A stretch of 64,000 nucleotides of DNA from a virus (IMGVR_UViG_3300032038_009890:1-64000); one strand, 5' to 3'; positions 1 to 13,700 are shown, numbered from the stretch's first letter. Notes: generated from the letters alone by a model not told the origin. Made by a program: numbers and translations.

Positions 1-219
1 ATGAAAAGTTTTGTAGTGTCACGTAATTATGGATATTTTAAATGTGCGAAATGCAATACTATTTTTATAGTTCCAGATGACGAAGATTTTATATGTGATT
101 GTTGTGGTTCAACAGATTCGTGTTCTCCTAATTGGGATGAAGTTGTAAATCGTAAGATTCGGATATTAAGAACAAATGGGTATGTAATTCATGCGCCTTA
201 TAGTTATTATGAAATTTGA
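1..219 (+). CDS. small zinc-ribbon protein (CxxC...CxxC); start is at the window edge
   Basis: 72 aa with CAKC and CDCC motifs; TGA stop; no in-frame TAG. Confidence 0.6.
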   Translation: MKSFVVSRNYGYFKCAKCNTIFIVPDDEDFICDCCGSTDSCSPNWDEVVNRKIRILRTNGYVIHAPYSYYEI

Positions 220-242
220 AATATATCAATTAAGGAGATAAA

Positions 243-410
243 ATGTCAAGAAGTTATATAAAGGATTGGGATATTGACTGGTCAGAATACCAATCTGAAG
301 ATGATGAAAAAGTATATGAATTATACTCGCAATTTGAGAAGTCTGATAAATAGCGTAAACTAAAACGCTAGACAAAATTGCGTAATTATGAGGGTTATAT
401 AGAAGAATAA
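243..410 (+). CDS. hypothetical protein, 55 aa (TAG read as Gln)
   Basis: AAGGAG RBS before ATG243; two in-frame TAG; TAA at 408-410 followed by a terminator. Confidence 0.65.
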
Positions 411-416
411 ATATAT

Positions 417-442
417 GGCCCCGAGTATATTGGGGCCTTTTT
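417..442 (+). terminator. intrinsic terminator
   Basis: GGCCCCGA-gtata-TTGGGGCC hairpin followed by TTTTT. Confidence 0.75.
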
Positions 443-462
443 GATTAAAAGGAGAAAATATA

Positions 463-972
463 ATGAAAATTGATGAATTTATAAAAGAAACTAACAGCGA
501 ATATAATCATGCATATGAGATGCATGTTAAAAATATATATGTTCCTATTGAGAAAAAACAAGCGCGCGCAAAGACTATCGTGCAGAGCGCATGTTATATT
601 ACCACGGAAGACGGTGGAAAGCAGTATCACGTTAATTCTGTTGCGATTTACGTGCTTACTGGGTTGACCTATGTTGATCTTTATACAGATATTGAGCGTG
701 GTGAGAATATCTTGGAAGACTTTAACAAGCTAAACGAAATTTGTTTTTTCGAAGATATGAAGAATTTTATTAGTGAAAGAGAGCGTGAAGAATTTGAAAT
801 GGTCCTAGATATGGAACTTGAAGATTTGGAAAAGAATGAGTACGAATTAGGCGCCTTTATCCGAAACCAAGTAGAAAGATTTGCGACGCTATTTGGCACT
901 GCTCTTGCGCCCGTGCTTGAAAATATAGACCTTGACAAGGTCAAAGAACAGTTAGAAGAATATGTAAAATAA
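463..972 (+). CDS. hypothetical phage protein, possibly a tail assembly chaperone
   Basis: AAGGAG RBS; 169-aa acidic helical protein two genes upstream of the tape measure gene; function inferred from position only. Confidence 0.6.
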   Translation: MKIDEFIKETNSEYNHAYEMHVKNIYVPIEKKQARAKTIVQSACYITTEDGGKQYHVNSVAIYVLTGLTYVDLYTDIERGENILEDFNKLNEICFFEDMKNFISEREREEFEMVLDMELEDLEKNEYELGAFIRNQVERFATLFGTALAPVLENIDLDKVKEQLEEYVK

Positions 973-1024
973 AAGATAAATGAATCGGCGTAACTAAACG
1001 CCGTGGAAAGGAAGGTGATTAGTT

Positions 1025-1696
1025 ATGCCGAAAGAAAAAGATCCAAAGAAGATAAAGAAATAGATGAAACAATGCATGAAAGATATGGATGCACTTGCGA
1101 AAGATACCAATAAGCAGATAATGAAGGAGATCAAAAAACTGTTTAATACGTTAAGAAAAGATGTTATTGGTGATTCTTGGCATCTGACTAGTGATACATG
1201 GTACGGAAGTTATATTCCTGATAGATATCATAGACGGTTTAGTTATTTTAATGTTCCTTATATCGAACCAGATTATGATAATGTAGATTATGGTTGGGGC
1301 TTTGATCCTGATCGTATTAAGCAATGGCACAGAGTACAGGACAGACTTGGAGATTCTAAAGGTAAAGAATATCTTTATGATTTAGCCTTTGAGCATGGAT
1401 GGCACGGTGGTGCGCGAAGTGGTCCTCCAGATTATGCAGGGCAACAACATCCGCCAATAAATAGGCCTAATACTGGTACACCATACTATAGAAGACCTCC
1501 TAAAGAGCCTAATAGATATCGTTTCTGGGGTTAGAAAGCCGCGCAAACATTTGCTATTAGACCGAAGTATGAACAAGATTTCGAGGAAAAGAAGAAACCA
1601 ATTATTGAATATCATCAAAAAGAATTTTTAAAAAAAGGAGCAATTATTATAAAAGAGTTTAAACGGTTAAAAGCCGAATTAAATAAGATTTCTTAA
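1025..1696 (+). CDS. hypothetical tail-region protein, 223 aa (TAG=Gln)
   Basis: AAGGTGA RBS before ATG1025; in frame with ORF 1064..1534 across TAGs at 1061 and 1532; ends TAA 1694-1696 next to the TMP RBS. Confidence 0.75.
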
Positions 1697-1710
1697 AGGG
1701 GTGAGGGAAA

Positions 1711-4700
1711 ATGCCTAAAGTAACACATCATAGTAGCGGCGAAGGTGTTGATATTTCTGTTTTATTACAAATGATGCAAGATGATATCGATGGTTCTAGC
1801 GCTAGTAGTAAAGGTGGTAAAGTAGATACAAAAGCGTTAAAAGACGCCATTAAAGGAATAAAAGAAGTTGGAGAAGCGGCAACTGCATCCGCGAAGGACG
1901 TAGATGAACTAGCTGAAGCAACGAAAAAATTTGAAGATACTGTAAAGAGATTCAATAAGCGATCTTCTTCGGAGTCTTTTGCAAAGACATGGTATACTGA
2001 TATTGACACAGCGAAGAAGGCGCTTACAGAAACAATAAAGGAATTCAAGGATTCTGATTTCTCGCTTGGAGATTTGGGAGATAAAGGAAATAAGGATTTA
2101 AAGAAGCAGATTCTTAATCTTAGCAATGTGTATCTTGCGCTTGGAGGAAATCTGGATGAGATACATGCTAAAATGAAATCATTTTATGATGAGCTTTCCT
2201 CACGTTCTGGAGATCTTGGTATTAATGTATCGACAGACCAGTTTAAACAATTTTTTGCTGAATTGGAGTCTCTTCCAGAAGAATATCAGAATCAGGTTAA
2301 TAGCTTGGGGAAACATATAAGCGAGGCCTTGCACGATGCTTCTGAGGAGGCAGTAAAGGCTACGGCTAAGATGAAGAAGGAAGTTTCCGACGCACTCGAC
2401 GAGCCTGTGATATCTTTGGATGATATTATTAATCTGGAGAGTGGTGACAAGGCTATAGGCAAGGTAAAGAAATATATCGGACAGCTTAAAAAGGCCATTG
2501 AGAAAGAGCAGACAAGTCTTACGAAGTATACCTTTAATCTTTCTAAATATGGCGCAAATAGCGATAGTTTAATGTCTCTCGATGAATCTAAAATAACCAA
2601 GATACATGATGATCTTCAAAAGGCAATGAATAAATATGGAAATAATTTAAAGGTTAAAATGGGAGACGGCAATGGAAATGATACGATATTGTCTCTTAGG
2701 GAAGCTTTTAGAAAATTAAATCCTGCCTTTTCTGATAAGCTTGGAAATGATAGTAAAATGTCCATGAAGGATATTACAAAGATTATGGAGTTTTCGTCAA
2801 AGAATCTTGATGAGTTAAATGAGAAACTAACACACACATCAAAGCTTTTAGATGATATCACAGAAAAGCGAAATCAGTTTGCTAATGTTGAGGAGATAGC
2901 AGAGAAGAAAGAGACGAAAAAGAGAGAACCAAAGAAAAAGGACGAAAAAAAGGTAAAAGAAGCATATGTTTCTAAGGTACTTAAAGGTACAGAAGAAAGT
3001 GCTAGGGGTGAAGCCAAGAAGGCCGCAGAAGCATTCTTTGAAGAGTTTAAGAAAGCGCTCCAAGCAGAGAAGAAGGATGTGAAATATCTTTATGAGTCTT
3101 TATTTGGTGAAGGACTGGACGCAAGTGTAAAAAATGCCAGAAAAGCAATGTTTGGTCAATTAACTGGCACACAATATACAAAGGTATCTGATGTAAAGAA
3201 CAATCTTCGTAATCTGGATGCAGACGCTTACGATAGTTATCTTAATGGAGTTTCTTCCGAAAAGACACAAAGGGAAACAGAAAAGAAAGTAGAAAAGAAT
3301 ATTGAAACATATAGAAAGAAGCTGAAGACTATTCTTGAAAGACCAAATACCAAAAAGAATTTGGATAAATCTGATATGCCAGAAGAGCTTTGGATTCCTA
3401 ATATTGCAAAGCAGATAGAAAGTCAGATCACAGATCAGGAAGATTCTATAGAGGCGGCGATTAAGGCTTTTCATGAAAGGGTAAAAGAGCTTACTGGGAA
3501 ATTTTTTGTTAAGGGTGATGGCGCTCTTGCAAAAGGTGAGTGGCTGACAGAGCAGGAGTATGAACTCAAAAGGCAACAAGCCGAAGAGAAAAAGAAGCAA
3601 CGTAAAGAGGCGGATGCAGAACAATTAAAGAAACAACAGAAAAAAGACCAAGCCGCCAATAATAATGAAAATGAGACAATTGATTCGCAAACTGCCCAAG
3701 CGACGGCGGATGAACATAAAGCTATTGCAAGCGAGAGAAAATCCCAAGCGGAGCAAGCAGAAGCAGAAAATGAGATTCTTGAACAAAAAGAAAAGAAACT
3801 GAAGTCACAACAACAGAAAGCAGAACAGGCCGAGGAAAACGCAGAAGAACAAGAAAAAAGTGCAGAGGAAGAACGCAAGAGGGCTGAAGCAGAAAAAGAG
3901 GCGGCAAGAAAAGAGAGAGAAAAACAACAGAAAGAAGCGGACGAACAAAATAATGGAGAGAATTCACAAAAACAATCGAAGCCGAAAGATACAACAACTA
4001 CTAAAACTGTTACAAGAGAAAGAGCAGATGGAAAGATTGTCTCGGAACAAAAGCAAGAGACTACTGGCGGGGCAACTACTGGGGGCAATGCAGGAGAGGC
4101 CGCGTCTAAAGTAAGTCAAGGCCTTACCAATGCAGGAGCTTCAGCGAGTACTGCTACATAGGGCGTGAATCAGCTTACTGAATCATTAACCGAGGCGGGG
4201 AAGGCCGCTGAAAATATTCAGATTAAGATTGATGTAGATAAGCTTATAGAGAAAACAAAGGGAAAACTGGCAGAGCTTACAAAAGGAACCCCCAGTGAGA
4301 ATATAGCAAATCAGTACTACAGTAAGAACTTAGACAAACAAAAGACATTTCTTAATTTTAGGAATGATTTCGCAACGGCATTTGATAAAGCTGTCGATTC
4401 TGTTGATTCAGCGCAAGGCATAATTAAGCTTGTTGGTGTCTTCGATAAATTAAAAAATAATTCTTTTGAAGTAGCCGACGCTATTAAAATGGTGAATGAT
4501 ATTGCTAATTCTGTACCATAGACTGTTGTCAAAAAAGAAGTTAGTAAGGAAGAGATTGTCAAAAAGGTTCAAAAGTTAAAAGAGTTATATGATGAAGTAG
4601 ACAATGAGCTATACAATAGAGAAAGTAATACATTCGTTTCTGAAAGCTCTGAATTATACGACAATGATGTAATTGAAAAATTGCTTAAAACCTTGGAAAG

Positions 4701-7700
4701 CTTTTCCGCAGAAGAATTAAAAGCTATTGGGGTTAATGATGATTTTGCAGATAGTCTATCGGAGACAATAAGCCAATACAGGGAGTTTAGTGAAGATTCG
4801 GTTAATTTTGAGCCATCTAACTGGGAGGATTTAACTCAACAGCTATTAGATGTTTACAAATATGTGGACGCAATTGTTAGCAAAGTGGAAATTCCTTCTG
4901 TAACGGTAGAAGCCCCGGTTGAAGCAGTAAATGAAGGTGTAACAGAGGGTGCAGACGAAGCAAAAGAAAAAGTTGAAGAAGTAAATGATAGCATAGATAG
5001 TGCTGTAGATTCTGCTAAGGAAAAGATCGAAACAATTCAGGATGTGATTCTTGAATTATTTGATGCTCTTGCCGATGGAATTGAGAACAATGATTATATT
5101 AGTGATCTATTCCCAGATTTTGGTGATGATAAAGCATCGATAAAAGAATTTATAGAATTATTTAATGAATTATCAGAAGCCGAGTTAAAGTCGGTTGTTG
5201 ATGATCCAAGTAAATTTATAGATTCTATCAAATCTCAATTTGAAGATTTAAAGTCGTTATATGATCAGATATCTAATGAAAAAGACGATAATGTCGCCTC
5301 TAGATTAGACGATACTTTTAGATCAAAATTCGAAAATTTTATAACATTTGCAGGAGAACAGTTTGACGTACTTGATGTACAAGAACTAAGCTATGATAAC
5401 ACTGCTGAAAATGCAGAGGAAAATAAGGAAGCATTAGATAATCAGGCTGAATCCCAAGAACATTTGAATGAAACAGAAGAGGCCGAGCCTGACAATTCTG
5501 AAAAGGTTGAGAAAGAGACAAAATCGAGAGAGGAATTGATACAGATTCTCCGGGAACAAGAAGATGCTTTGGCGGATTTACAGGCCAGAAAAGAAGCCTT
5601 AGATAAAGTATCAAAAACTATTGAAAAATATGCCACGCGGGATGAGGACGGTAATATTGATACAGAATGGCTATTAACACAAGCGGAAAATCATTTTAAC
5701 AGTGATAAAGATAATGCATTCGATAAAGCAGTTGCTTATTATGGAAAATATGCTGACGAATTTATAAAGCAAAATGGTGAGGAGTTTAGATAGGCGCTTG
5801 GGCTTGTTGGATATGAGGGTCGTGAAGAGCAAGATTCTGCCGAGATGTTGGAATTGTATGAGGAAATTATTAATGCAGATGAAACCATTCGTGATCTTGA
5901 AGAGCAAATCAGAGCTAATCGTGAAAAACTTGCGAAAATGCCCGCACCAGAGAAAAAGGAGCCAAAGAAAACTGATGAAGCCGCTGAACCTAAGAGGGCC
6001 GAGGAAACCGCAGATAAAGAACTAACTCGGTTGGAAAAGCTCCAGAAGGAAATTGATGAAACTAATGAAAAATATAGTGAGATGTTAGACTATTTAGAGC
6101 GTATTGATAATGCAAACAAAAAGATTGATTCAAAGATATCTGGAACAGGTAGTGAGAAATTAGCTTCTTTATTACACGGAACTAACGTAACATTTTCGGA
6201 GGGCGATGCCGAAGTTGCATCATTATTCTATAATAAATATTTAAAGCAAGCTCAGAAAATGGGCATTAATCCTACACATATATTTGACGATGAGGGTGCA
6301 GATATTTCAGATAATCTCATTAGAAAATATGATGAATTAAATCAAATGAAGCAAAAAGCAGAAGAATTACATAGAAAACTTATAGCACTGACACAAGAAT
6401 TAAGCAAAGCAAAGACTGAAGAAGCTGAAGCTACTAGAAAGACAACAAAAGAAACTAAAGACAATAGTGATGCAGTAGAAGAAAATACTGATAAGAAAAA
6501 GAAGAATAACGAGACAACTGCTTCTAGTGGGTCTGGTTCTGGCGTAAGCAAAAAGACTAGCGGAGGAAGCAGATCGTCAGGAAATGAACCAACAGATTTA
6601 GCCAATACTTTGTTTCCGACAAAACATGATATAGAGAATGAGAAAAAGAGAATTAGGAAAGCGTCGGGGGATAAAACTGATCGTTATTTAACAATAGAAG
6701 ACCCTTCACAGGATTTTGTTAATGATGTCACAAAGGAATTACAGCTTTTAATTCTTTATATGGAAGAACTTGGTGGCACAACTGATAAAGTTAAAGAGAA
6801 TTATGAAAGGTTTGTAAAAGAAGTAAGTGTTAAACCTAATATTAAAGGCCTAGATGAGTTAAGACAAGAGTTAGAGGATACTGGTAAATCTGCCATAGAG
6901 GAACTACAGGCATTTACACAAGCTAAGAAGTCAGCAGGACAAGGTGGTTCCGCTCCCGCTAAGCCAAAGCCCAGACCTGCTTCTGCACCAAGCGCCACTC
7001 CTGTATCAGCGCCTAGCTCCCCTGCTCAACCATCTGTTGTTCCTGGTGCCGTAGGCGAAGAAAATGCGGCCTTACAAGAACTCGACAAAGTGTTGAGAAG
7101 CACTATTCCAGAAGCTGTGCGCATTAAAGATGCCGCATTTATAGAAGAAAAAGATATAGTTACCGGGGCTATTGATAATGAGATTAGCGCTGTCAAGGTT
7201 CTGGAAAAGGAGCTTTCAGAAGGTGTGCCGAAGGCAATTACTCAACAAAAAGATGCTTTGAAGGAAAATACTGAAGAGGTTTCTCAGGCTGTTGTCGAAC
7301 CACAAGTAACTGCCGAACCAGAAGCGCAGGTTTCAGAGGATTATGAAAACCTTAGAGGATTAATAGCACAAGTAAGTGCCGAGATAGAGAAGTTGCGTGA
7401 GCAATTTAATTCTCTTGAGTCTAATGCAGGATTGAAAGCTGAGCAAGAACAATTAGTAAAGCTTATTGATATCTTAATGAATCAGATTCCCGGCGCAATT
7501 ATCATTAAGAATCGTGCTTTTATGAGCGAGAAAGAAGTTGTCTCTAGTGTTGTGAATTCTGAGGTTGAGTCTTTTAAGGTATTTGAGAATAAATTAACTC
7601 AGACTATTCCAGAAGCCATTGACAAAAAGAATGAAGCTTTTAAAGAAGAGGTTAGCGTTGTTAAGCAAACTGCGCAAGATGAGGCTGATGCTTTGGATCC

Positions 7701-10700
7701 TCTTGAACAAGTAATCCAAAGTATTAGTAGTAGCTTAAACTTTGATGTAAGCGTGTCAGGTACTGGAAGTCTTAGCAATGTAATAAGAGATATTAGGAGT
7801 ACTCTTGATTCAAAAACAATAGATTTATTTACTCATGAACTTGAAATATTATTAAGTGAAATTCAGCACTTTATGAGTGTAAACCTACGTAATAATAATA
7901 TTTTAACTGTGATTAATAGCATTGTTGCAAAGACAGATGATTTGCAGAGATTGATAGATATACTTCAGCATTCTGAGGCGCAAATTAATGCGGTTAATAA
8001 TGCGGTAAACAATGCTACTCCGAGCGCTCAGCCCTCTTCTGTAGCCGCGAATACCTCTTCTACCCCGCGCAAAACGTTTAAGCCGACTAAAAAACAAATT
8101 GCCGATGCGCAGAAACAGAAGAGAGATCAGAGGAAGCAAATCGAGGATCAAGAGAAGGCGAATAATGCAAGTAGATATGATGCGCTGACCAAGTCTCTTG
8201 ATGCTCTTACCGAGGCCCGTACCAAATATAATATTGCACTCGCCGAGTCTATAAAACGTGGAGATACTCTGCAAGCCCGCGAAATACTTTTAAAAGATGC
8301 AGAAGACAAAAAGACTGAAGCTATTAATAATGCAAAACAAGCAATGCTTGAACTATATAAGATGCAAAAAGCGGGGCAGATTACTCAGGAACAGTTTAAT
8401 AAAGCAATGACATCTTATAAAAAAGATGGAAGCCCGAAGTCATAGAGTGATCTCCAGAAAGCTAAAGATCAACAAAAGAAAGCACAAGATAAACAACTTA
8501 AACAGGAATGGGAAGCGGGTAAACAGGAATATTTAAAGAACCAGATTGCTTATTATAATGAATTGACGGAAGCTGTTAAACGTTATGTAGACATTATGAA
8601 GAGAGCAAAAGCAGGTAGACCAGAAGCAGACGATGCAACGCAATTACCTATTATTGAGGAAAAGATTAATCGGATGACGTAGGATACAGATGGCTACTAT
8701 TATGATTCTGATATGGAAGATAGGGCTTTGAAAGATCTTTATAATCTTGATGATATACTTGATCAAGTACAGCAGAAGATGGATAGAGCAAATACAATAA
8801 AATTCCAAGATAGTATGAAAAAAGCGCAGGACGCTATTTAGAAGTATTATGAATCTGCTGTAAAATTAAGAGACCTTTAGGAAGAGGCGGAAAAGAACGG
8901 TAGGAGTACTGATACAAAACCCATACGTAATGCTAGAAAGGCTATGCTGAAGAATAAACAAGATGCTGATAATTTGCTTGCAGGTGTAAATGGTATTGAC
9001 AGCTTCTAGGACGGTTCTGAAGCAAGGGCAAATTATGCTTCTGCCGAGTCTATATTTTCAAGGTATGGTGATGTTAAGTCACTGTTTGATGTGGTCGCAG
9101 ATCCCTCGAATGCGGTTGAGGTATATCATACTCTTATTAAGTATGCAGAAGAATATGTGCGTTTGACTACGAAGCAAGATTCTGGACAGACATTAATGCA
9201 CTCCGAGGTTGAAGAGATCACAAAGCTTAATGAATTGTACGATAATCTGAACAGAAAAACGACCTAGTATGCAAACAATTTACAGGGAGAAGATACGAAT
9301 CTCCCGCAAGAACTTGCTAATAGGTTAAGTGAAGCAAAACAAACCTAGGCCCAAAATCGTTTTGAAAATGTTGGTAAGAACCTTGACAAATTTAATTCTT
9401 ATGAAGATAATGCAAATCTGACTGTATGGTTGAATGATGTAAATCAAAGATATGATGATTTGAAGCAGAAGATAGATAGTGTTAACTGGTCTGGGACTAG
9501 TCAGACCGATCTTGATCAGGCCAAAGACGCTTTGCGAGAACTTAGTGATATGGAGAAAGAAGTTTCGTCTGCTTTGTCGAATGATAGATTCGTAAATATT
9601 ACTGATAAGCAGAAGAACACACTTTCTAGGCGAATGGCTGAATGGGCCTCGAATAACTCTGCGGCAAAGCACTCTATTGAGCAGATAAACGAATTACAGC
9701 AGAAATTACAAAACATAGATGATAAAGGTTCTCTTGAAGAGATTAGCAACGAGTTTGAGGCAATTAAGAGAAGAGCTTATGAGAGCGGTGAAGCGGGAAA
9801 GAGCTTTGGAGATAAGCTGAAAACGAGCTTTGGAAATCTTGGAAGATATCTCCTTTCGTTTGTAAGTATATATAAAGTAATAGACGCTATTAAACAAGGA
9901 GTATCTATTGTAAAAGAGCTTGACAGTGCGATGACAAATTTACGAAAAGTTATCGACGATACTGATGATTCTTTTGCAAACTTTTCTAAAGAGGCATTTC
10001 AAATTGCCGAAAGGCTTGGTTCTACTGCTTCATCGATAATTGATGCGGCAACAGAATGGGGACGATTAGGTTATAATCTTGAAGATAGCGCTAAATTAGG
10101 AGAGGCTTCAGTTATATATGCTAACGTTGGTGATATGGATGCCACTACTGCTTCAAATGATCTAGTTTCTGCTTTGAAAGCATATAATAAAGATGCTAGT
10201 GAAGCAATGCACGTAGTTGATATTTTAAATGAAATCGGTAAACATAAATTGCCGAATATAAAGATAGCTATATCGGTTAAAAGCTAATTAATAGTCGAGA
10301 CCGAGCAAAGACATATAATAAATATTATGTATGCGTAGAGACTGTAATGGTTTATATGGCAACATATAAATCTTCGCTATCCTCCATATAGGAGAATATT
10401 CAGTCCGTACTCACGATATATATATATATAAAACGTGAGAATATGCCAGAAATGACATGTCGCTAAATATTATAGTTTAGTAGTAACAACAAGAATAATT
10501 ATGCTGTTTCTAGCGCACAGCTTGGTGAAATCTTGGAAAAGGCTTCTTCAACATTAGCTCTTTCTGGAGATGGAATTGAGCAAGCTGTTGCAATGGGTGC
10601 GGCAATGCAAGCAATCGTGCAAGATGCTTCAGTAGTTGGACAAACATTAAAAGTTGTAGATTTAAGGCTTCGTGGAAGTAAAGTTGCTCTGGAAGAAGCA

Positions 10701-13700
10701 GGAGAATCAACTGAAGGTATGGCTAATTCTGTTTCTAAACTTAGGGGGCAGATTATGGCACTTACATCAGTTAATGGAAATCAAGGCATTGATATTATGA
10801 AGAATGACACAGAATATTATTCAATGTATGAAATACTTGAAAAAATTCATGCCGTTTGGAATGATCTTACTGATATTGATCAAGCCGGGCTTCTTGAATT
10901 GATGGCAAATGGCTTGCCATAATATATAGAAATATATATAAAGAACATTTTTAATTGCAGGTAAAACCTAAAGCTCTGCACCACAATAGCGGAGAAATCA
11001 CGCTATGAAGGTTTGAAAACGTAGAGATGTAACAATGGTAGTTCTGCAACTAAGCGCCCTAACGTAAAGCCGAGGGCGAAAGCTCACTGGCCAGACCCGT
11101 GTTGGGCTACAGACTAGAGAATAAATATCTGTAGCAATAGTCGTAAGGCGTAATCACAAAGACGTTGGTGAAAATCCATTAAATTGAAAAGGAATGCTCT
11201 CAGCACGTAATGGTGGAGATGAAGAAATGGTCGAATCTCATGTGAAAGCATGAGGTGTTTGTAAGAACACGTATGGCGTTGTGAACCATGTAAATATAAA
11301 TGAGGTAAGATTTTGCCTCTAAGATATGGAAACATATTTTTATGTACACATTTAATTGCGTTGATTACCTAAAGCTCCATGCCACAATAATCAGGAAACT
11401 AGATTATGAAGGATTAACAAGTTGGAGATGTAACAATGGTTAATTCGCAGGAAAGCGCCCTAACGTTATCCGTAGACCATATGGTATTAGTCGAGGGCGA
11501 ATCCCCAACGACTATCCCCTTTATCGGGGCTTAGAATAATGAATAAGAGTGGAAATCTCGAATATCTAAGCCAATAGGAGTACGGCCCAATCGCAAATGG
11601 GGTGAGTGAAAATCTCTTAAATGGAAATGGTGTGAACCCTACCGTGAAAACGAGGGTTTAAGAAATAGTCTTAACTTGTGCGAAAGCATAAGACTGTAAG
11701 TGGTATGTAATACGAATTGCAGTCTCACTTTGGTTGCGAAAAGTGAGGAAAAAATTGAAGAATCGGGCTTAGGGTCTAGCAGCGCTCCTAAACAACTTCG
11801 ACGAAGCAAAACAAGCTCTTGAAGATGCCTACAATGCTGAAGGTAGTGCCCTTAAAGAAAATGATCGTTATATGGAAAGTATAGCAGGCCATACCGCTAT
11901 ACTTCAAAACAGACTTCAAGAACTCGCGGCAGTAACAATCAACTCAGACTGGCTCAAAGATATCGTAGATCTTGGGTCGGGTGCAATAAAAGTCGTAACA
12001 AAATTAGTCGATACAATCGGTTCTGGAAACATTGCCGCAGGTGTTTTAATGGGTGCCATCGGAACGGCTAGTAAAATTGGACCAATCAATTATTCAAAAG
12101 GTAACGGATTTAGCATAGGTAATCCTTTTGCTACGAAGTCAGCAACTATAACAGTACAACAAGGTTTTGACAGAGGCGAAGCGTTATACGGCGCAATAAA
12201 TGATAAAGATCAAAGTCTTCTGCAAATGTATAATATTGCACAAGATGGTCAAAAAGCTAGGGATGTCATAGAAAGCCAGTGGGGTGACCTCGGCACATTC
12301 TTTGGTGGACTTAGCGAAGATGCACAAGAGCGCATCAAACCTCTCTGGAAATCGGTTGAAAATGGTTCTATGGAAGCAAAAACATTCGTAGAAAAAGCCG
12401 CCTATAGTGTCGGCATAACAATGAATAATACTCAAAAAGCCGCTGCAATAAACATGGATAAGATAAAAGGATTTGCCATGTCAACTGTATCAGCAATAGG
12501 AAATGCAGTTATTTCTATGGGAATCTCAATGCTTATTAGTGCAGGTGCAAGTCTTATTATGAATGCATTAGATGAAATTATTAATCACGCAGATAAAGTA
12601 TTAGAGCGTGGTGAAGAAGCCAAGAAAAAGATCGAAGATATATACAAATCAGTAACAGATGGACAAAAGAATATTAAAGACATTGCCATCTCTGTAAATG
12701 TAGATAATGCAAAGCTTAACACAACGAAACAGAATCTTGAGGGTATAGCAGAGACTTATGCAGATATGAAAAAAGGGGTAGATGATGTAACAAATGCGAA
12801 TAAGACTCTTTCTACTGAGAAATATGAAAAGTATCTTCAACTGAGCAAAGACCTTGCAGATCAATTCCCGAATCTTGTAGAAGGTTATGACTCTCAAGGC
12901 ACTGCAATTCTTGAGCTTAGTGGCAATGTCGAAACATGTACTCAGCAATTACAAGATATGTATGATGTCTCTTTGGATATTGCAAATCTAGAAATAACAA
13001 ATTCATTAGATAAATCTTTTGAAGCTATACTTCAGAAAGCGAAAGATACAAATAAAGAGTTGGTTGGACTCAAAGCAGAAGGTGATACATTAGATGAGTC
13101 TCTTGCTTCCGCAAAAGAAGGATATCGCATGCGAGGCGAGGAGAATCTTGCGTATGGAACTAGTTTAAGATTCCAGAATGGAGAGGTATATGATCAATGG
13201 CAAGCTATGTTCAAAGATTATATAAAAAAGACTGATCGAAATCAAGAAACTAAATTCATGGATAGTATTCAAACATAGGCGGATTCTATATTTTTTAGAG
13301 GATTAGACGATAAACCATTTTATATTCAGATACCATAGGAAGATTTCTACCAAGACCCAAATACTATATAGGCTATGCTAGATTCTCTTGACAAGGCACT
13401 TGAAATAACTGGAGACGCTGTTATTGGAGAATTGGAACATGAATCATCAGATATAAATACTAAGATTCGTGGAAAAGAAGGCGAACTGGCTCAATTAAAT
13501 AGGGATACAATGGAATTGATAACTAATTCTCTTACAACAAATTCAGATTTCATGAGTAATAATGAAACATTAGTGCAAGCAGTATTGTCTAATCTATCAA
13601 AATTTGACGTTAGTTCAATTGGAGATGAAGATCTTACTGCGTTTATATACGACAATATTCTTCAATACTTCGAAAAGATACCAAGAGAAATTCAAGATGG

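Noticed and set aside
10240-10533. Programmed frameshift or separate genes at the TMP breaks (also 10922-11872 and 30702-31000)
   Set aside because: P1/P7 pairings, terminal G residues and precise motif restoration fit group I splicing better.
11114-11335. ORF inside introns 2/3 as an intron-encoded endonuclease
   Set aside because: Antisense, 73 aa, with no LAGLIDADG, HNH or GIY-YIG motif.
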